A stretch of DNA of 64,000 nucleotides from Octopus sinensis (GCF_006345805.1 NC_043000.1:95294001-95358000), one strand, 5' to 3'; counted from the first letter of the stretch, positions 40,871-56,197 are shown. Notes: generated by a model not told the origin, from the letters alone. A program made the numbers and translations.

Positions 40871-42148
40871 AGAACCACATTATCTAATGTGATCTTAATT
40901 TTTTAAGACGGTAGGCCGTAAGTTGAAGGGGATCTGTTTGCGATTTCTAACAATATTTTAGACAATTTACAGCAGAAAATTTTAAAGTTTTAAAAGTCAC
41001 ATTTCTACTTAAAATGTTTTGATCTTAAAATACTGGTTAATCGACGGGAAAAATGCAGTAGATTTCGTTATTTATAAACTAAGCTGGAAAGTTAAAAACA
41101 GTATTCCGTTGATATTTTTTGTATTGCAGTAGCAATTTTTGCTTTGGATGATTTTAGACATCATATATGACTGATTTTGTCTTGTTTGACTTAAGAAAGT
41201 TTGCATAATAAACAAGATAATTTTCATAAAACAAAATGAAAAATGTCTTGATAAATTGTAATTGCTTCATTACATTATCAAATTTTTGATAAATTTCAAA
41301 TTAAAACTGTGACACCAAAATAATTATTTCCAATAAAATAATATCCAAACTAGCAAAATAAGTAAACATAGTGTAATACCTCAGTTGTATTCAAATATTT
41401 CGATGACATCTAATCTTCTCTCCAATTCGCTTCGAATCCTTTTCCTAACGTTTTACTGCGGGAGCTATATTTTGAAAATGTTTCAAATCCACTTCACTGA
41501 ACTTCTCTAATTATTCTTTCTTAGGTAAAACAAGCAAAATAACATCTAACGGGACCGACTCAAGCGATTATAATTTCTTATTCAAGGGTTTATTTGTGTG
41601 ATGGTTAATACAGAAAAGGTATTAATGATGATTTTAATTTTAGCTCATGAAAAACAATACCCGAGAAATGTCTCATACTATTTTATATTCGAGTGTCTCA
41701 CTTGAAAAACATTCACCAATATTTTTTATCTTGCTTCCAAATTGGAAGCATATAATGTGAAAATTGAAAAGAAAATGATTTACCGCTAAGCGCAAAGAAA
41801 CTGAAATTCCTTCCAGTTATGTATGCAAGAAAAATTGATATTAAATTTTCAAAGTAATTAAATTTTTACTGAATTAGTCAATCAGAGCTAATTGAAACTG
41901 GATAACTTGAGATTTCTTGATCTCGAGAGTTTCAGCTCGAGTGCACAATTTAGGTAAAGCTATATCATAAAAAGCAGCCGTCCACCGTCCTCATTTCATT
42001 GACAACTTGTTTGTTATTAATTTTCAAGAGAGATATTTATTTTCTCATTTTTACCATCGAATTTCAATTTATGTACGTTTAATGGAAATAATTCATTAAT
42101 TATCCTAATATTTCCTAAAGTAATATTAATGATTTTGTCAAAGTTATC

Positions 42149-42215
<67 letters not shown>

Positions 42216-42216
42216 G

Positions 42217-42247
<31 letters not shown>

Positions 42248-42499
42248 TCATTCTGTTTCCGCAACGACGCTGAGCATATCTATTAAAATTAAAATATTTA
42301 AATTAGTTTATCGCAATTATTAATAACATTATCGAATTATTTCCGTCATGAAAAGCAGCGTTTAATTTTTTTCCCATTTAATAAAAATTCATAAATTTCA
42401 GTAGGTGTTTCATTAAAATTTGTCGCACTTGTGATGTTAGCTCAGAGGAATTTGTTTCATCTGCTTTTTTCTTATTCATTCCAATTATTATTATTATTA

Positions 42500-42545
<46 letters not shown>

Positions 42546-43149
42546 CATTATTATTATTATTATTATTATCTTGATCCGTTTTATCTCACTTTTCCCTACA
42601 GCTATTTTTATATATAGTTATCCAAAGCTTGTAAACAGATGCATGATATTTTTTCTTCTTTTAAGAACGGAGCACTTGGTACAATATTAAATCCTCCTAG
42701 ACTAATGAGTTCGATGGAGTTTATTTTGAGCTACAAATTTCACTGAAAATCGTTGACATTAAAGAAATTACAAAGGTTTGTAAAATGTAAAAATGACTGA
42801 GAAAATGTTTGTGAGACGGGAAATATTTTTCAAGATGAGATAGAGTATGGATGATTAGAAAGCTAGAAACAGATACACTAATTAGGCTTAGCAGGTGGGT
42901 GTAATTAAATTCTAGCTTCAGAGAGGCACAGGCTGTTATGGTTTCAAGTAGAAGTCTCAGGAACAAGAAAACAGTCCGAGTGTAGACTTGTAGTGATACC
43001 GTATTAGTAGTGAGTCTTTGCCAATCGTCCGAGTTACATTTTATCACAGTGAGATAGATACGCAATTCAATTTCAATTTCTGTAGGTGATACTCTCCATT
43101 TTTTTAGGTCTTTTGTTGTGCCTGTCAACCTACGCAAATCTTAATCCTT

Positions 43150-43356
43150 TATAAAAGTGGGTGCTGAAAGTCCTTGGTTTTAAGGGTATCACGGAGGCCT
43201 AGTTGGAGGCCCAACCTTCCGAGTTCTTTTACGGGGCTATGAAGAACGGAAAGTGGGTGAGTCAGAGAGCGAAATGTGCTGAATAGAATTATAATGAACT
43301 GATTCTCCGGTATTTTCTTTCACCCAAAGCAAGGAACTTTTCAGCATGTCCTTGTA
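43150..43356 (+). mobile_element. Mariner-derived MITE
   Basis: Imperfect TIRs gtgctgaaagtccttggttt and aaagcaaggaacttttcagcat...ta. Confidence 0.65.
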
Positions 43357-43410
43357 TTGTATTATTCGCGTGCACGCGCGCACACACGCACGCACGCACA
43401 CACACACACA

Positions 43411-43464
<54 letters not shown>

Positions 43465-44191
43465 GAGGAAATTTGCAACTGTTTTGTCAAAATACATTGT
43501 TTTGAGAAAGACAAGTTCTCATTATTCAGCATTCGATCTCGATCAAAGCTCTATTATCTGCCGTTGCTAGCGAAAACCTAATCACTCTCTTCTTCTAGAC
43601 AGAACTGAACAGTTGAACTTTCTACTTCCAGCAAAAATACTCTTAATGGGCCATTATAAGCTGGATTAAACGATCGATTCGAGCAAACTGGCTTCAAACA
43701 TTGGCTTTCTTGCATACCGTTAGAGATATTCCGTTTTGTAGCTTTTTACATTCAGTACTCGAAATATCCCCTCCATTTAAAGCATGCTCACTATCTTCAG
43801 CTACCTGATGTCACCAACAATTAGTGCCACTGGATTTGCTTCAGGAATACCTTTGTGTCTCTCATTTATTATATGCATAAACAGTAACGTGAGATTAAGT
43901 GATTTGTTCAAAAACACAATGCACCTTCCGGTCTAGAAATTGATATCGCGATTCGCTGAATCATGAGTACGGTAAATCATGCGCCCTCACACACATACAT
44001 ACATACACACATACATACATACATACATACATACATACATACATACGTACATACATACATATGCATATATATATCTATATATATATATATATATTATATA
44101 TATATAATATATATATATATAGATATATATATATATATATAGATATATATATTATATAGATATATATATAATATATATAGATATAGATATA

Positions 44192-44400
44192 TATTATATT
44201 AAATTAGAGATAAAACCACTATTAGGTAGATCATTTATTTTATGTATTGGCTTATATTTTTCACTGTTTGATCTGCCTAATAGTGGTTTTATCTCTAATT
44301 TAATATAATATAATATAATATATTTATACAATAAAATTGGTTATATCCTAAATCTAATTTTTCCCTGTAAGTTTGGATTTATTCCCTAATATTATTATTA

Positions 44401-44407
<7 letters not shown>
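44192..44407. mobile_element. Fold-back element in (TA)n: 42 bp arms plus about 95 bp tail
   Basis: 44192-44233 is the reverse complement of 44269-44310 with one mismatch. Confidence 0.85.
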
Positions 44408-44440
<33 letters not shown>

Positions 44441-44907
44441 GGGTCTGTGTGTATGCATGTATTATTGTATCGCGTTTACAAGAATATATATTTATGTATT
44501 TTAATATATTTTGCTTATATTTTAATCGCGTGCATGCTTGCAAGAATACGTATTGTTAAAATATAATAGTTTTTGTTTAACCGCATCCATATTTAGTATT
44601 TTTGATTCGATTTTCTTTTCCTGCACGCAATGTTCTTTACTCTTTCAACTGGTTGATTCCGTTGTATACGCTACGTAAATAGAGCGATTTGTACTAACGT
44701 GCTATCGCATTTTGCATGCATATGCATTTATATCTTATTTCATTTAAATCTCATGTGTACTTAATCACATGTTTTCAATAATTCAATAGTTTTTTTGTTG
44801 TCTTTTTTATAAAAGTACAGTTTCCCCGCATCTTTTTATGCGCATCTGGTAGCAAATAAAAGAAATTATCATCATCATCATCATCATCATCATTATTATT
44901 ATTATTA

Positions 44908-44940
<33 letters not shown>

Positions 44941-44944
<4 letters not shown>

Positions 44945-45112
44945 GTTATTATTCAACATTGGGTAGTTTCAAGCAAATTTCTGCTACATCACCTGCTACA
45001 CTTCCGTGTTACTGGCATGTGTGCAGCATTGTATGATTATATGTTCATTTTTTTGTCGTTTTTAAGGGACTGTAAACTCTTGCCACTATTGTATTGAGTC
45101 AGATTGTTTTTG

Positions 45113-45152
<40 letters not shown>

Positions 45153-45552
45153 TATGTTTGACTTTTGCTTTATATTTGTACAAGTTGGCTCCAAGTCTCA
45201 CCCAGAGACCTCAAGAGACAACAGGGTTGGAAGTTCATGTTGTTGTTATGCCTAGTGTGCCATATATTTGGGGGGGTTGGGATGTTGTACTAATTATTAT
45301 TATTATTATTATTATTATATTATTATTATTTATTATTATTATTATTATTTATTATTATTATTATTATTATTATTTTATATTATTGTTATTATTCAACATT
45401 GGGTAGTTTCAAGCAAATTTCTGCTACATCACCTGCTACACTTCCGTGTTACTGGCATGTGTGCAGCATTGTATGATTATATGTTCATTTTTTTGTCGTT
45501 TTTAAGGGACTGTAAACTCTTGCCACTATTGTATTGAGTCAGATTGTTTTTG

Positions 45553-45592
<40 letters not shown>

Positions 45593-45732
45593 TATGTTTG
45601 ACTTTTGCTTTATATTTGTACAAGTTGGCTCCAAGTCTCACCCAGAGACCTCAAGAGACAACAGGGTTGGAAGTTCATGTTGTTGTTATGCCTAGTGTGC
45701 CATATATTTGGGGGGGTTGGGATGTTGTACTA

Positions 45733-45790
<58 letters not shown>
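44941..45790. repeat. 440 bp tandem duplication containing R4/Dong-like 3' ends and (ATT)n
   Basis: tattgttattattcaacattggg at 44941 and 45381; identical ORF text at 45104 and 45544. Confidence 0.92.
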
Positions 45791-45793
<3 letters not shown>

Positions 45794-48700
45794 GTTTGAA
45801 TTTTGCTTTGTATTTGTACTAGTTGACTCCAAGTCTCACCCAGAGACCGCAAGAGACAACAAGTTAGAAGTTCAAGTTGGTATTATGCCTAGGGTGTCAC
45901 ATATTTGGTTTTGCACATAGTATTGTTCTAGAGAATGTTTAAGAAAACATTAGTTTGTTTGAAAAATTGAGATTACAGTATTTTACGTGGGATATAGGCA
46001 GTTCCCATGAGCACTATCTTTTGAATTTCTGCCATTTTGGAGTTTCCTCGTATGAGCTAGGTAGGAATCAGCCCCTTTTGCTATCATTCCTAGGGCACCT
46101 ATGACAACAGGTTCCACATTTTGCCAATTTCTATTTCAAGATCTTTATATTTGCTAAATTTTTGGTAGGTCTTGACTGATACATTTATGTCGATTGGAAC
46201 AGTCATATCAATGAGGAGGCATGATTTTAGTCTGAAGTCTTTCAATATAATGTCTGGCCTATTCGCACCTATCTTCCTCTCAGTTTGAACGGTGAAGGTT
46301 CAGAGGAGTGAAATGTGATCATTTTCAAGCACTGGGGGTGGTTTGTGTTCCCACCAATTTTTATCATGGGACAGGTTCAAGTCTTTGCAAAATACCCAGT
46401 AAATATACTGTGCTGTTCTATCATGCCTGTTGAGATACTCTGTAGGCGCAAGAGGACTGCACATAGAGACATGATCAATGGTTTCATTTTGTTGTTTACA
46501 TACATGACGTAATCTCCGCTTGCGTCCATTTCAGGATGGGTGCACTATAGCAGACTACAGCAACAGTCCATATGTTGATGGCAGTCACAAGTTGAGTTTT
46601 GATTTCAAGAGATGTTTGAAGGGCTTCAAATATGCAGTGATGAAATTGTCTTTCATTTCTCTGTGCAAGATATTGTCCATCTCCAGAATCCCAAGGTACT
46701 TGTACCCACCATCATCCGAGTCTTCCATTCTCTCTCCGCTTGGCAATTCTAGGCCCCTACAGTCTGCTCTCTTCCCCTGTTTCAAAGTGAGCACCGCACA
46801 TTCGAGATACCGAATTCAATCCCTATATCTTTGCTGCACATCTGCACAGTCTCAACCAGCCTCTCCATTTCAGGCTCTGTTTTTGCGATCAGTTTTAAAT
46901 CATCCATGAAGAAAAGGTGATTGAGATGAGGTCCATTCTTTATCAGTTCATAGTGCGCGTTGACTTTGCGTAGAACTACAGAAAGTAGATTCAAGGCTAT
47001 AACAAATAACAAAGGTATTGTTACCTCGGCTAATTGCTGGCTGTTACAGAAAAGACGTGTTTTCCAACTAGGCATGTTGTTCTTAATCAGTGCACACACG
47101 TTCCTAGCTAATCCACTCACGTTGAGCTAATCCACGAATGCGGCAACATCCAGGCCATGCACAGGATTTCTTAGTACCGTTTAGTTCTTCATTACAACGT
47201 TGTCTATCACAAGGTGTTCCTTGGTACTATAGGATCTTTTTCGGCATCCCTTTTGTTCTACTGGAAGTATATTGTTTTCCGCAAGGAATGTATATATTTT
47301 CCCTGTGCGTATGCCTGTTAACACTTTCCATATGAGGTTAAGATAAGCAATAGGTCGGTAATGCCAACTTCATTGCCCTTTGACAAATCTTTCATCAACA
47401 ATATTGTCTTTCCCCTCTACAATCCCATCCGGGGCAATTGTCTGATTTACAAAGCAATTCGCTTGTGTATTGACCTAACCCAGTGGGGTCAGTAGCGTTG
47501 AATTTTGTCTAGTCCTGCTTTCCAGTTTGGCAGCTTTGATACCTGTGCAATGACATCTTCCGTTGTTATGCGCATATGATCCTGTCGTGGAGCCTCCGCG
47601 TGATGGAGTTCGGATCTCACGAAATGAATCCACTCAGCCCTGTGGTTGTGAGAAACGTCTTGTCACAAAATGTTATTCCATAATTGATGGGTTTTACTCT
47701 GCTTCTGGAGATATATTATCTTTTGTATCTCTTAAGCTCTTAAAAAAACTGCCTCTGGTTATTTGAGAATAACCCGTTTCACTGGAACTGCGATTTTGGA
47801 TTAGTGTAGTGTTGCACCTTTAATGTTTTTGCCCGCACACGTTGTCTTAGGGTTTCCATAACAGTTTTGAACCCTTTCTTTTCTATTTGGTATTTTGCAT
47901 CAAGATATCTCCTTGAATCTTTTTTAGCATTTTCCATTGTCCTTTAGCCATTCTTCTATGCGACTCAGATCTTTACGCAAAGTTTTAATATTGCTTTCAG
48001 TTCTCCACTTCAAGCATGGGTACCTCTGTCCATCTGCTTTCCTCTCTTTCTTTCCAACCACTTCACCTACTAAAATTGAAGTGGATCTGATCAAGTCCCT
48101 TGTTTCCGTTATATTTTTTGTCAGAATGTATTTCAGAATCTAACCAAATTTTTGGGTCACGCATTTCACATTGTTACGGTCGAAGCTTCTTAAATTCACC
48201 AGCTTGATCTCTGTTCTTGTAACTATTATATATTCTACTCTTATCTTGAGGTTTCTATATTCCTCAGTTATATCCTCTCGTAATACAGGGTTTTCTACAT
48301 TATATTGATTTGCCGGCCTCTATCTACTACAATTTCACCTTGCCTACGCATTTGCTGATCTTCACCTACATATTCTCCTCGAGTTTATCACCACTACATA
48401 TGCTTTTCCTGATTGTCTGAATTATGGCCTCATTAAGAAAGCTTCTATCCCGAATTATTTTTATCTGATTCATGAGCCCATTTTCTGTAATCTTGATGAC
48501 ACCCAGCTGGTTCCAAAAATGATTTTTTTTCCCGACAGCTTTACATCTGCCATTGTTCTTGTCTAGCAAGGCTTGTTCATGGCACTGGATTGCCTTTTTT
48601 TTTCTTCTTTGTGAGCACGTTGCATATTTTGACCAGTAAAAGAACTACGACTGGGTGAAGTCTGATCTCCCACTCCATTGCCCTCTGGGGGGGTCCCTGC

Positions 48701-49015
48701 CAGGCGCGGGAGATCTGGTGTCTTGGACATCCAGGATAATCTTCCCCTTCATGCCGTTATTTGAGTTTGAAATTGTTATCATTGCCAAGAATGAGAAGGA
48801 TTTTTTACAGGGTTTTCTCCCCGGGTGTGTTTATTTCAGATTTTCATGTAAACGATTACTCTAAATACAACACCAGCTCTCACTTGGTTGCTGGTCAAAG
48901 CTTTGGGACGCCAGGTTCACCCTATGTTACTTGCTGCAGACCTTCTACAGACGCAGATATTACACCAGCCTACGCAGAGCAAGGGTGGCACCAATTCCCT
49001 ACATGCTGAATGACT
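45791..49015 (-). mobile_element. Near full-length defective R4/Dong-like non-LTR retrotransposon (RT plus restriction-like endonuclease)
   Basis: PLLFVIALN, LNHLFFMDDLKL, GYKYLGILE, LLKSKLN; C-terminal ETIDHV..RHD, ANRPDII, IDM.VP.D, KYKDL.IEI and VIGALG; flanked by (TAA)n. Confidence 0.85.
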
Positions 49016-49205
<190 letters not shown>

Positions 49206-49207
49206 CT

Positions 49208-49525
49208 TGTATGTTTGACGTTTGCTTTGTATTTGTACAAAATGACTCCAAGTCTCACCCAGAGATCACAAGAGACAACAAGTTAGAAGTTCAAGTTGAC
49301 TAGGGTTCCATATATTTGGCCTTGCACAAAATATTGTTCTAGAGAATGTTTAAGAAAACGCACAGCAGATTAGACTATTGGAAAAAATTCATACCATCAG
49401 GCTACAAGTAACCTTAGATGCAAAGAACCCTCCAAAGTATCCTAACAGTCCCTAATAACACTGTTTTCTGGAACTGCACTAAACTAGGTTTTATACCTAT
49501 TTCCTCTATCCATTTGTTCAAATAT
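49208..49525 (-). mobile_element. Two further R4/Dong-like 3' fragments
   Basis: 49208-49340 matches the 3' UTR at 45791-45945; 49420-49525 encodes KWIEEIGIKPSLVQFQKTVLLGTVRILWRVL. Confidence 0.75.
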
Positions 49526-49947
49526 ATAAGAATATATGTTATGATTGTTGTTGCTGCTGCTGTTGGTGTTGATGTTGTTGTTGTAGTTGCTGTTGTTTTT
49601 GTTATGATGATGATTATTATTATGGTTTTTACTATTATTATGATATTTCGATTGGAAGAATTTCCATCTCTGGAAATCCTTTTAAATAGTATATTTAGAG
49701 ACTGAGGTATAGAATAGATTTTCCACTATAGTTTATTTTGTATATAGTGATTTTTTTTCCATTATTGTCCGACTATTAGTAACGAAAACTACAAAGTAAC
49801 GTTTTGTGAAACTTCCAGCTCGCGAGAAATATAATATAAATAAATCTACTTCCTGTGTATTCAGTACGCTCTTTTCTATTTCTTCAATACTTTTATATAT
49901 GTGTTTGTGAATATGCATGTACGTTTGTGTAGATATGTATGTGTATG

Positions 49948-49993
<46 letters not shown>

Positions 49994-50021
49994 TGTGTGT
50001 GTGTGTATGTGTGTGTGTGTA

Positions 50022-50052
<31 letters not shown>

Positions 50053-50293
50053 TTGTGTGTTTGTGTGTGTTTGTGTGTTTGTGTGTGTGTGTATGTGCAC
50101 ATATACGTGTATTTATGTAAACTTTATTTGCATATATATACACACAAGTGTTAAGGAATGAAATAGATCAAATCCGGGCTACAATGAGCCATTATTGTCC
50201 CTGAAAGTTGTTTTTTTATATTTACTACGAATTACTTGAAACTAACTTTCTTCCTACATCTCGATCCCTGGATCTTATATATTGTGTGGGGTG

Positions 50294-50325
<32 letters not shown>

Positions 50326-50377
50326 ATATTATATATATGTACACATATGTATATTTATTAATATATATGTATGTATG

Positions 50378-50409
<32 letters not shown>

Positions 50410-51039
50410 CGTATGCAGAGAAAGAGAGATTTTTAATATAAGCACACGAAGCAGTTAAAATCAAAGCAATGATATTATAAACCAGTGATTCTCAACCTTT
50501 TTCACCTTCGGGCCCACGTTTTATGATCGAAAAATCCCAAGCTAACTGACCTCTAAACCAGATATTTGACCCTCTTCTGAAATATAAACCCCATAAAGTA
50601 GTAATTGTTTCCACATGCCAGCTTCATGTGCGGATACAATCACAATCGTTAAATAAATACATCAGTGTATTAATATCTTCTTTATGTAACTTGCTATCAA
50701 AAAAAAAAACATCTAGAAATGGAAGAAAAGTATATTTACATTCTTATTTACAAGAAATGAAGAAGCAATTTAATGGATACATTGCAGTTGGTGCTTTTCA
50801 ATTAGGTTATCAATTTGAACTTCAAAGGATTGGTTCAATTTAAGAACATTCCTGCGCGCTAGAACGTGAAGTACATTCGTTGCAGGATTTTTCTTCGAAG
50901 AAAAAATTACTCCCCATAAACTTTGTGCGTGAAAATACGTCAAGCCGAGTTCCAAATGATATTATTCTACAACATGATTTCGCTCCTCAATGGTAGATAC
51001 TAACTTGGTTTTGGGAGCAAGGTTGAAACTTCTGTTACC

Positions 51040-51270
51040 ATAAAGACTACAGCAACAACACATTATCTGTTGAAGAAATTAGTAACAGAGGCTTTATAAG
51101 CAGTGATCCTTGGATATTTAAAGAGGACAGTCAGCAGTTGCTGATGAAATCCCAAAACGAGATTTAAACTGATCCAGTAATTCCTCATGATTTTGTCCGT
51201 GCATTTTTCCATATTCAAATAGTCAATTATGTCGGTGATTTCGGTTCCTAGTTGAATCGTCATATAGTTT
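51040..51270 (+). mobile_element. Penelope-like remnant with degenerate hammerhead
   Basis: LKKLVTEAL* resembles a GIY-YIG C-terminus; then CTGATGA(51141) aatccc-aaaac-gagatt TAAA ctga TC. Confidence 0.45.
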
Positions 51271-51664
51271 GATTGTAACAAAATAATATGTTTGTGTGTG
51301 TGTAATCATGTATGTGTGTGTGTATATATATATATACATATAGGTATATATATATGTATATATAGATACATGTATGTATATATAAATGTATACATACATA
51401 TACGTATATATATATGAATATATATACACATACATATATAAACACACACATACATGTATATATATATGCATGTATATATCACATATATATATTATATACA
51501 TATGTGTATATAGACATATATATATATACATATATCATACATTATAATTATATCATATGCATTTATACAACATATAACATTAAGATGTATATATACATTA
51601 TAATATATATATATATTATAATGTATATATATGTATATATAGTTATACATATATATAATCTATG

Positions 51665-51696
<32 letters not shown>

Positions 51697-54600
51697 CATG
51701 TGTGTGTGTAATATATACACTACAATATATACATATGTAAGTATATATGTATATATATATATATACATTAAATACACAATAGTATATACATGTACATTAA
51801 AATATTCATATTAATATGTTATATAATATACGTAATATATATGATATAGTCATACATATTATATTAAATGTTAATATATTATATAACGTACACATTATAA
51901 CAAAAATTATTTATAATACATACTATACAGTTACTCTCGCGTATATGTATTTGTGAATATATTTATCGTACTTAAAGTTGCAGCAACTGAGTTTCATAGA
52001 ATAATCTCATTTTTTGGTGTTGTTTTTTTTTTTTTTATATTGTCAACATATACCGTATAAATTTTCTGTTATCTAAAATGTCCTCCGTATTTCCTTCCAA
52101 TCTAATATTAAACTATTTAATTGTAGATCATTTGAATATTTTCTTTCAGTTTCCCTATCCAAAACGGTGGTATTTTGGTGAATCATTGTACCCACGGCAA
52201 AAACACTCTCTGTCGTGAAGAACTTCCATGGAATAAAAATCTTTTGTTCATTTCTTGCTCATCTTAGCAGCATTAGTTGAAAGGAACATTTTCAGTACCA
52301 GACTTAGACTGTACACGTCTTATTTTGGAGGAATTTAAATTGCATTCTTATGTCGAAACTATGTTGACATCGAAAAGATGTAATGATATTGGAATTGGAA
52401 AGCTATCTTAATACGTACGTGATTAATGCTTGCATAAGTACAAATTCGTGCAGATATTGCACAGTTGCCAATAGCTAAAGCAGCACGACATGATGTCTAG
52501 TTCAATTTGCTATCTCAGACAGAGTTTTCTGGATTGTCGAGACCCTTGGTGTGGGCTGAGACATGTGCCAAAAAAATAAAATATCAATGCGATCAAAAGA
52601 TTGGCTTGTAGGGACATCATCCGCCGTCGTGCTATGTTAGTGCCGTCGAATCTCACCGATACACACACATCAAATGGCCCCACGCGCCCGAGGGTATATC
52701 AGTGAACTGAACTGTGACAGTAGTGAACACCAGTTCGAGGTTACCGGTGGTGTATACAATCTTGGGCTGCTCATTGGTCGGTGACACCGCCGTTAATTTT
52801 TTTCTGAGAACAAAATGTTGTTGGCTATGATCTAATAATCGAATACTGCGGCCGAGGATGGTACGCGATACAAGTTCATATCACTGCTAGATACATATTT
52901 CTTTGGACCAGTAACAGGGGAAACAACTGATGCTACCTGTAAAACGGCAAGGCATTTCATTAACACTACTGGGGCAAAGATTGCTTTAGCGGCCTTTACT
53001 TCATTACAGTGACAAATAATTGGTCAGGCAACTGTTCATTACAATGCTTGTGGTACCAGTGTGATGTTGGAATATCGATGGTATCCCCATCCACTCCTTT
53101 GGAGTGCATGTGTGTGCGTGTGTGTTTGTGTGCGTGTGTGCATGTATGAATGTAGGTATGTATAATTTTTATTGTAAATACTCCACCAGTAAATGTCAAG
53201 CAGTTGTTACTTCTTCCTTCCTATAATCATTAATAGGTTGCTAAAATACTACAGGATTGTGTAGAATTTGATCGTATATACGAGTATAATAGTGTGTGAC
53301 AGTGTGTGAATATGCATTCACGTATACATGATGATCTAAATAGTCACAATTTTCGAGTTGCAGTGTGCATACATATACTCGTACACACACATATACGCGC
53401 ATACACACATACATTTATGCCTACAAAAATAAAGACAGAAAAAGAGAGGAAAACAAAGAAAGGAGAAGAAAGAAAATTAATGTTTGAAAGAAGGAATTTT
53501 GGGACACATGAAGAATTACATGCAAGCTCAACTGCATTCAAACGTACTATAAGCTCATTCTCGAAGAATTGACGCTTTTTTTTTTTTTTGTAATTAGAAG
53601 TAAATTTCACTAACTGTAGATTTTGTCGTGTCATCAGACAGAAAAAGATTGTTTCTTTTTAATGGCGTGTTCAAGAGAATAAGATTTAGAGATAGATGGC
53701 ATGAAGTGTCAACGAGAAGGAATAGAAGCCAAAAGAGATTTAATCGATTAGCTAATCATAAATTCGACATTTCTACACTCAGTGTATTTATTTTTCTTAA
53801 TGTTTTCTTTAGTCTTAATGTTTTTCTGTTGTTTTTTTTTTTTGTATTTTGATGTTGGTTATTTTTATTGCGATTTATAAACCGGTTGCTATAATAGTAT
53901 TCGATTAAAACTATTTTACTCGTAATTAACTCGGTGTAGTTCGTTCTGGAGAGGTTAAAGATTAAATTTCTAAATGCATTACACAAGTGTACACTCAGAT
54001 GTTGATTCAGTTTTCTTAATTCCTTCATTCTTTTGTTCGATAGCTCATTTGTTGGAATATTTTCTATAACATGTTTATGATTGATTAATGAAAGAGAAAC
54101 ATCAATAATTATTATGTAATTTTAGGATCATGTACCAGCCTCATTTCATTCAATTCCTTTGATATTATCAAGTTTTCGTAGCACTACAAAACGATAATTG
54201 CAGGCTTTTGTGCATCTCACAGCACAAATTTCTAATTAATATCTTATTCTGCTCTTTTACAACTATCAATATTACGCCTCTATTGACATAAAATAATTTT
54301 ACGTATAATTTCATCTGAGAGGAAGTGGCAGTGACTATGAGCTTTCCATGCATTTTTAGATTCTTAGGCTGTTGTTTCGCAATCGAGATATAATTTATAA
54401 ATTTAGAAAACTCGATGATTAGAATTCATGGAAATTGTCGTAGGGAGTGGAAAATCCAACACTTCGGACAGTCTTTCCTAAGGGAAATGTTGATAGCCGA
54501 AGAGGTCTTGAGAAAAACCTGTGTCCGAAACGCTTGACTTTTCGCTCTCCAGCATAATTTTACAGTTATCTTTCTGTTGAATTTTCTTAATAACATAAGT

Positions 54601-55175
54601 ATTACCCGTGCAGACACGCCCACCAGTCTCTTCGAATTGTTTTATCAAACTTAGATATGCTTCACCAGGTTAATGGATTCTCCATTCACTCTGAGATCGA
54701 AGTAGCTGCAAGAAGAGTAACACGTGTTGGTCTGTGTATTGTGGGGGATATCCGACAATATTCCTATCTGTGGGGATTAGCTGCTATTCTCTAGCGGCCT
54801 GACTTCAGACTGCATATGTCCATTATTTTGTAATAAGACGATAGGAGCTAGGCAATGATTTAGAAGAATGTTCCACCCACTTATCTTTCCGACTTTTCTT
54901 GATATGGAAAATTCATTTCATTTGATTCACATCAGCGAATAATGTTGATTTTAGTCTTGAAGTTGGTACTGAGTTGTTGTTATGTAATAGTTAAAGCACC
55001 TCACTGTCTCTGACTAATATTGAATCTTACTGAACCGACAAAAAGAAAGATAAATTAGCAGTGACCGAGACCCAGAGACCAGAAAAGGAAGTTATTGCTA
55101 CGCTCGAACCCACATATCAAACGAATCATATTTGAAGATAAGTTGGTGGAAACATATATACATACATACATAAAC

Positions 55176-55271
<96 letters not shown>

Positions 55272-55329
55272 CTTACTTGGAAACAGATGCGTCGCGTTCA
55301 ATTGAATAATAATAGATAATATATATTCT

Positions 55330-55480
55330 GTTTTGGGATTTGGTTTGCAAGATACTTTATGTGAGTTCGGGTGTTGAAGCATATTCTGATGTGTCTGGGG
55401 AGAGTCATTTTCTTTTTGTGCCGTTGAGTGTGTTAAATTATAAGGCACAAAAAGAAAATTACTCTCTCCAGACACAACAA
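55330..55480 (+). mobile_element. Small fold-back made of the family C SINE tail
   Basis: gtgtctggggagagtcattttctttttgtgcc pairs with ggcacaaaaagaaaattactctctccagacac. Confidence 0.8.
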
Positions 55481-55504
55481 AATAATATATATATGTATAT
55501 ATAT

Positions 55505-56028
55505 ATACATGCATATATGGGTACAGGACGTCACCAGCAGTGCAAATAACATAAAATACGTAAACAAACGAGGGAAAAACGACTGAAATATGTGAACAAC
55601 GAGAAAAAATGGAAAACAGGTCAAGTAGACACTGATAAAATCCCTTCATCAGTTGTCGGCTGTCTATCTACTCCTCATTTCGAGCGTTCACTATTTTCCT
55701 CTCGTTCTGGTCTAACGATCTACCATGTTTGCTTTCGTTCAGTTTCATTATATGTCTCCACTGTCATTTTTTATTTTGGTTCCCAACTGTGACCCTCTAT
55801 AAATCCTTTATGGTGCAGCTGTCTTTGAAGACTTATATTGTCGCTGAATGCTCGAAATGAGGAGTAGATAGACTGCCGACAACTGATAAAAGGTTTTTCC
55901 TTTGTGTTTACTTGTCCTGTTTTCCATTTTTTCTCGTTCATGTATTTCACTCGTTTTTCCCTCGTTTGTTTACGTATCTCATGTTATTTGCACTGCTGGT
56001 GACGTCCTGCAGCCATATATGCATGTAT
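55505..56028. mobile_element. Fold-back element with about 185 bp arms in (TA)n, degenerate hammerhead at 55818-55876
   Basis: 55505-55690 is the reverse complement of 55845-56028; gctgtc-t-TTGAAGA...ctc GAAA...TA gac(t/a)gc. Confidence 0.85.
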
Positions 56029-56052
56029 GTATGCGTATATTATAAATATATA

Positions 56053-56104
<52 letters not shown>

Positions 56105-56197
56105 TGTATATATAATGTATATGTTAATATAATTATATATATATATATATATATATAGATATATCATATATATATATAATATAATATATATAATGTA

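Noticed and set aside
50481-50600. hAT-like terminus cagtgattctcaacctttt (and aaggttgcccatgtctg near 10140)
   Set aside because: No matching opposite TIR or 8 bp TSD found
49733-51740. Many YIYI, HTHT and CVCV ORFs here and throughout the window
   Set aside because: Dinucleotide microsatellites lack stop codons; not genes
52100-53050. GC-richer stretch, possible decayed LINE ORF2 or exon
   Set aside because: No open frame or diagnostic motif that I could read
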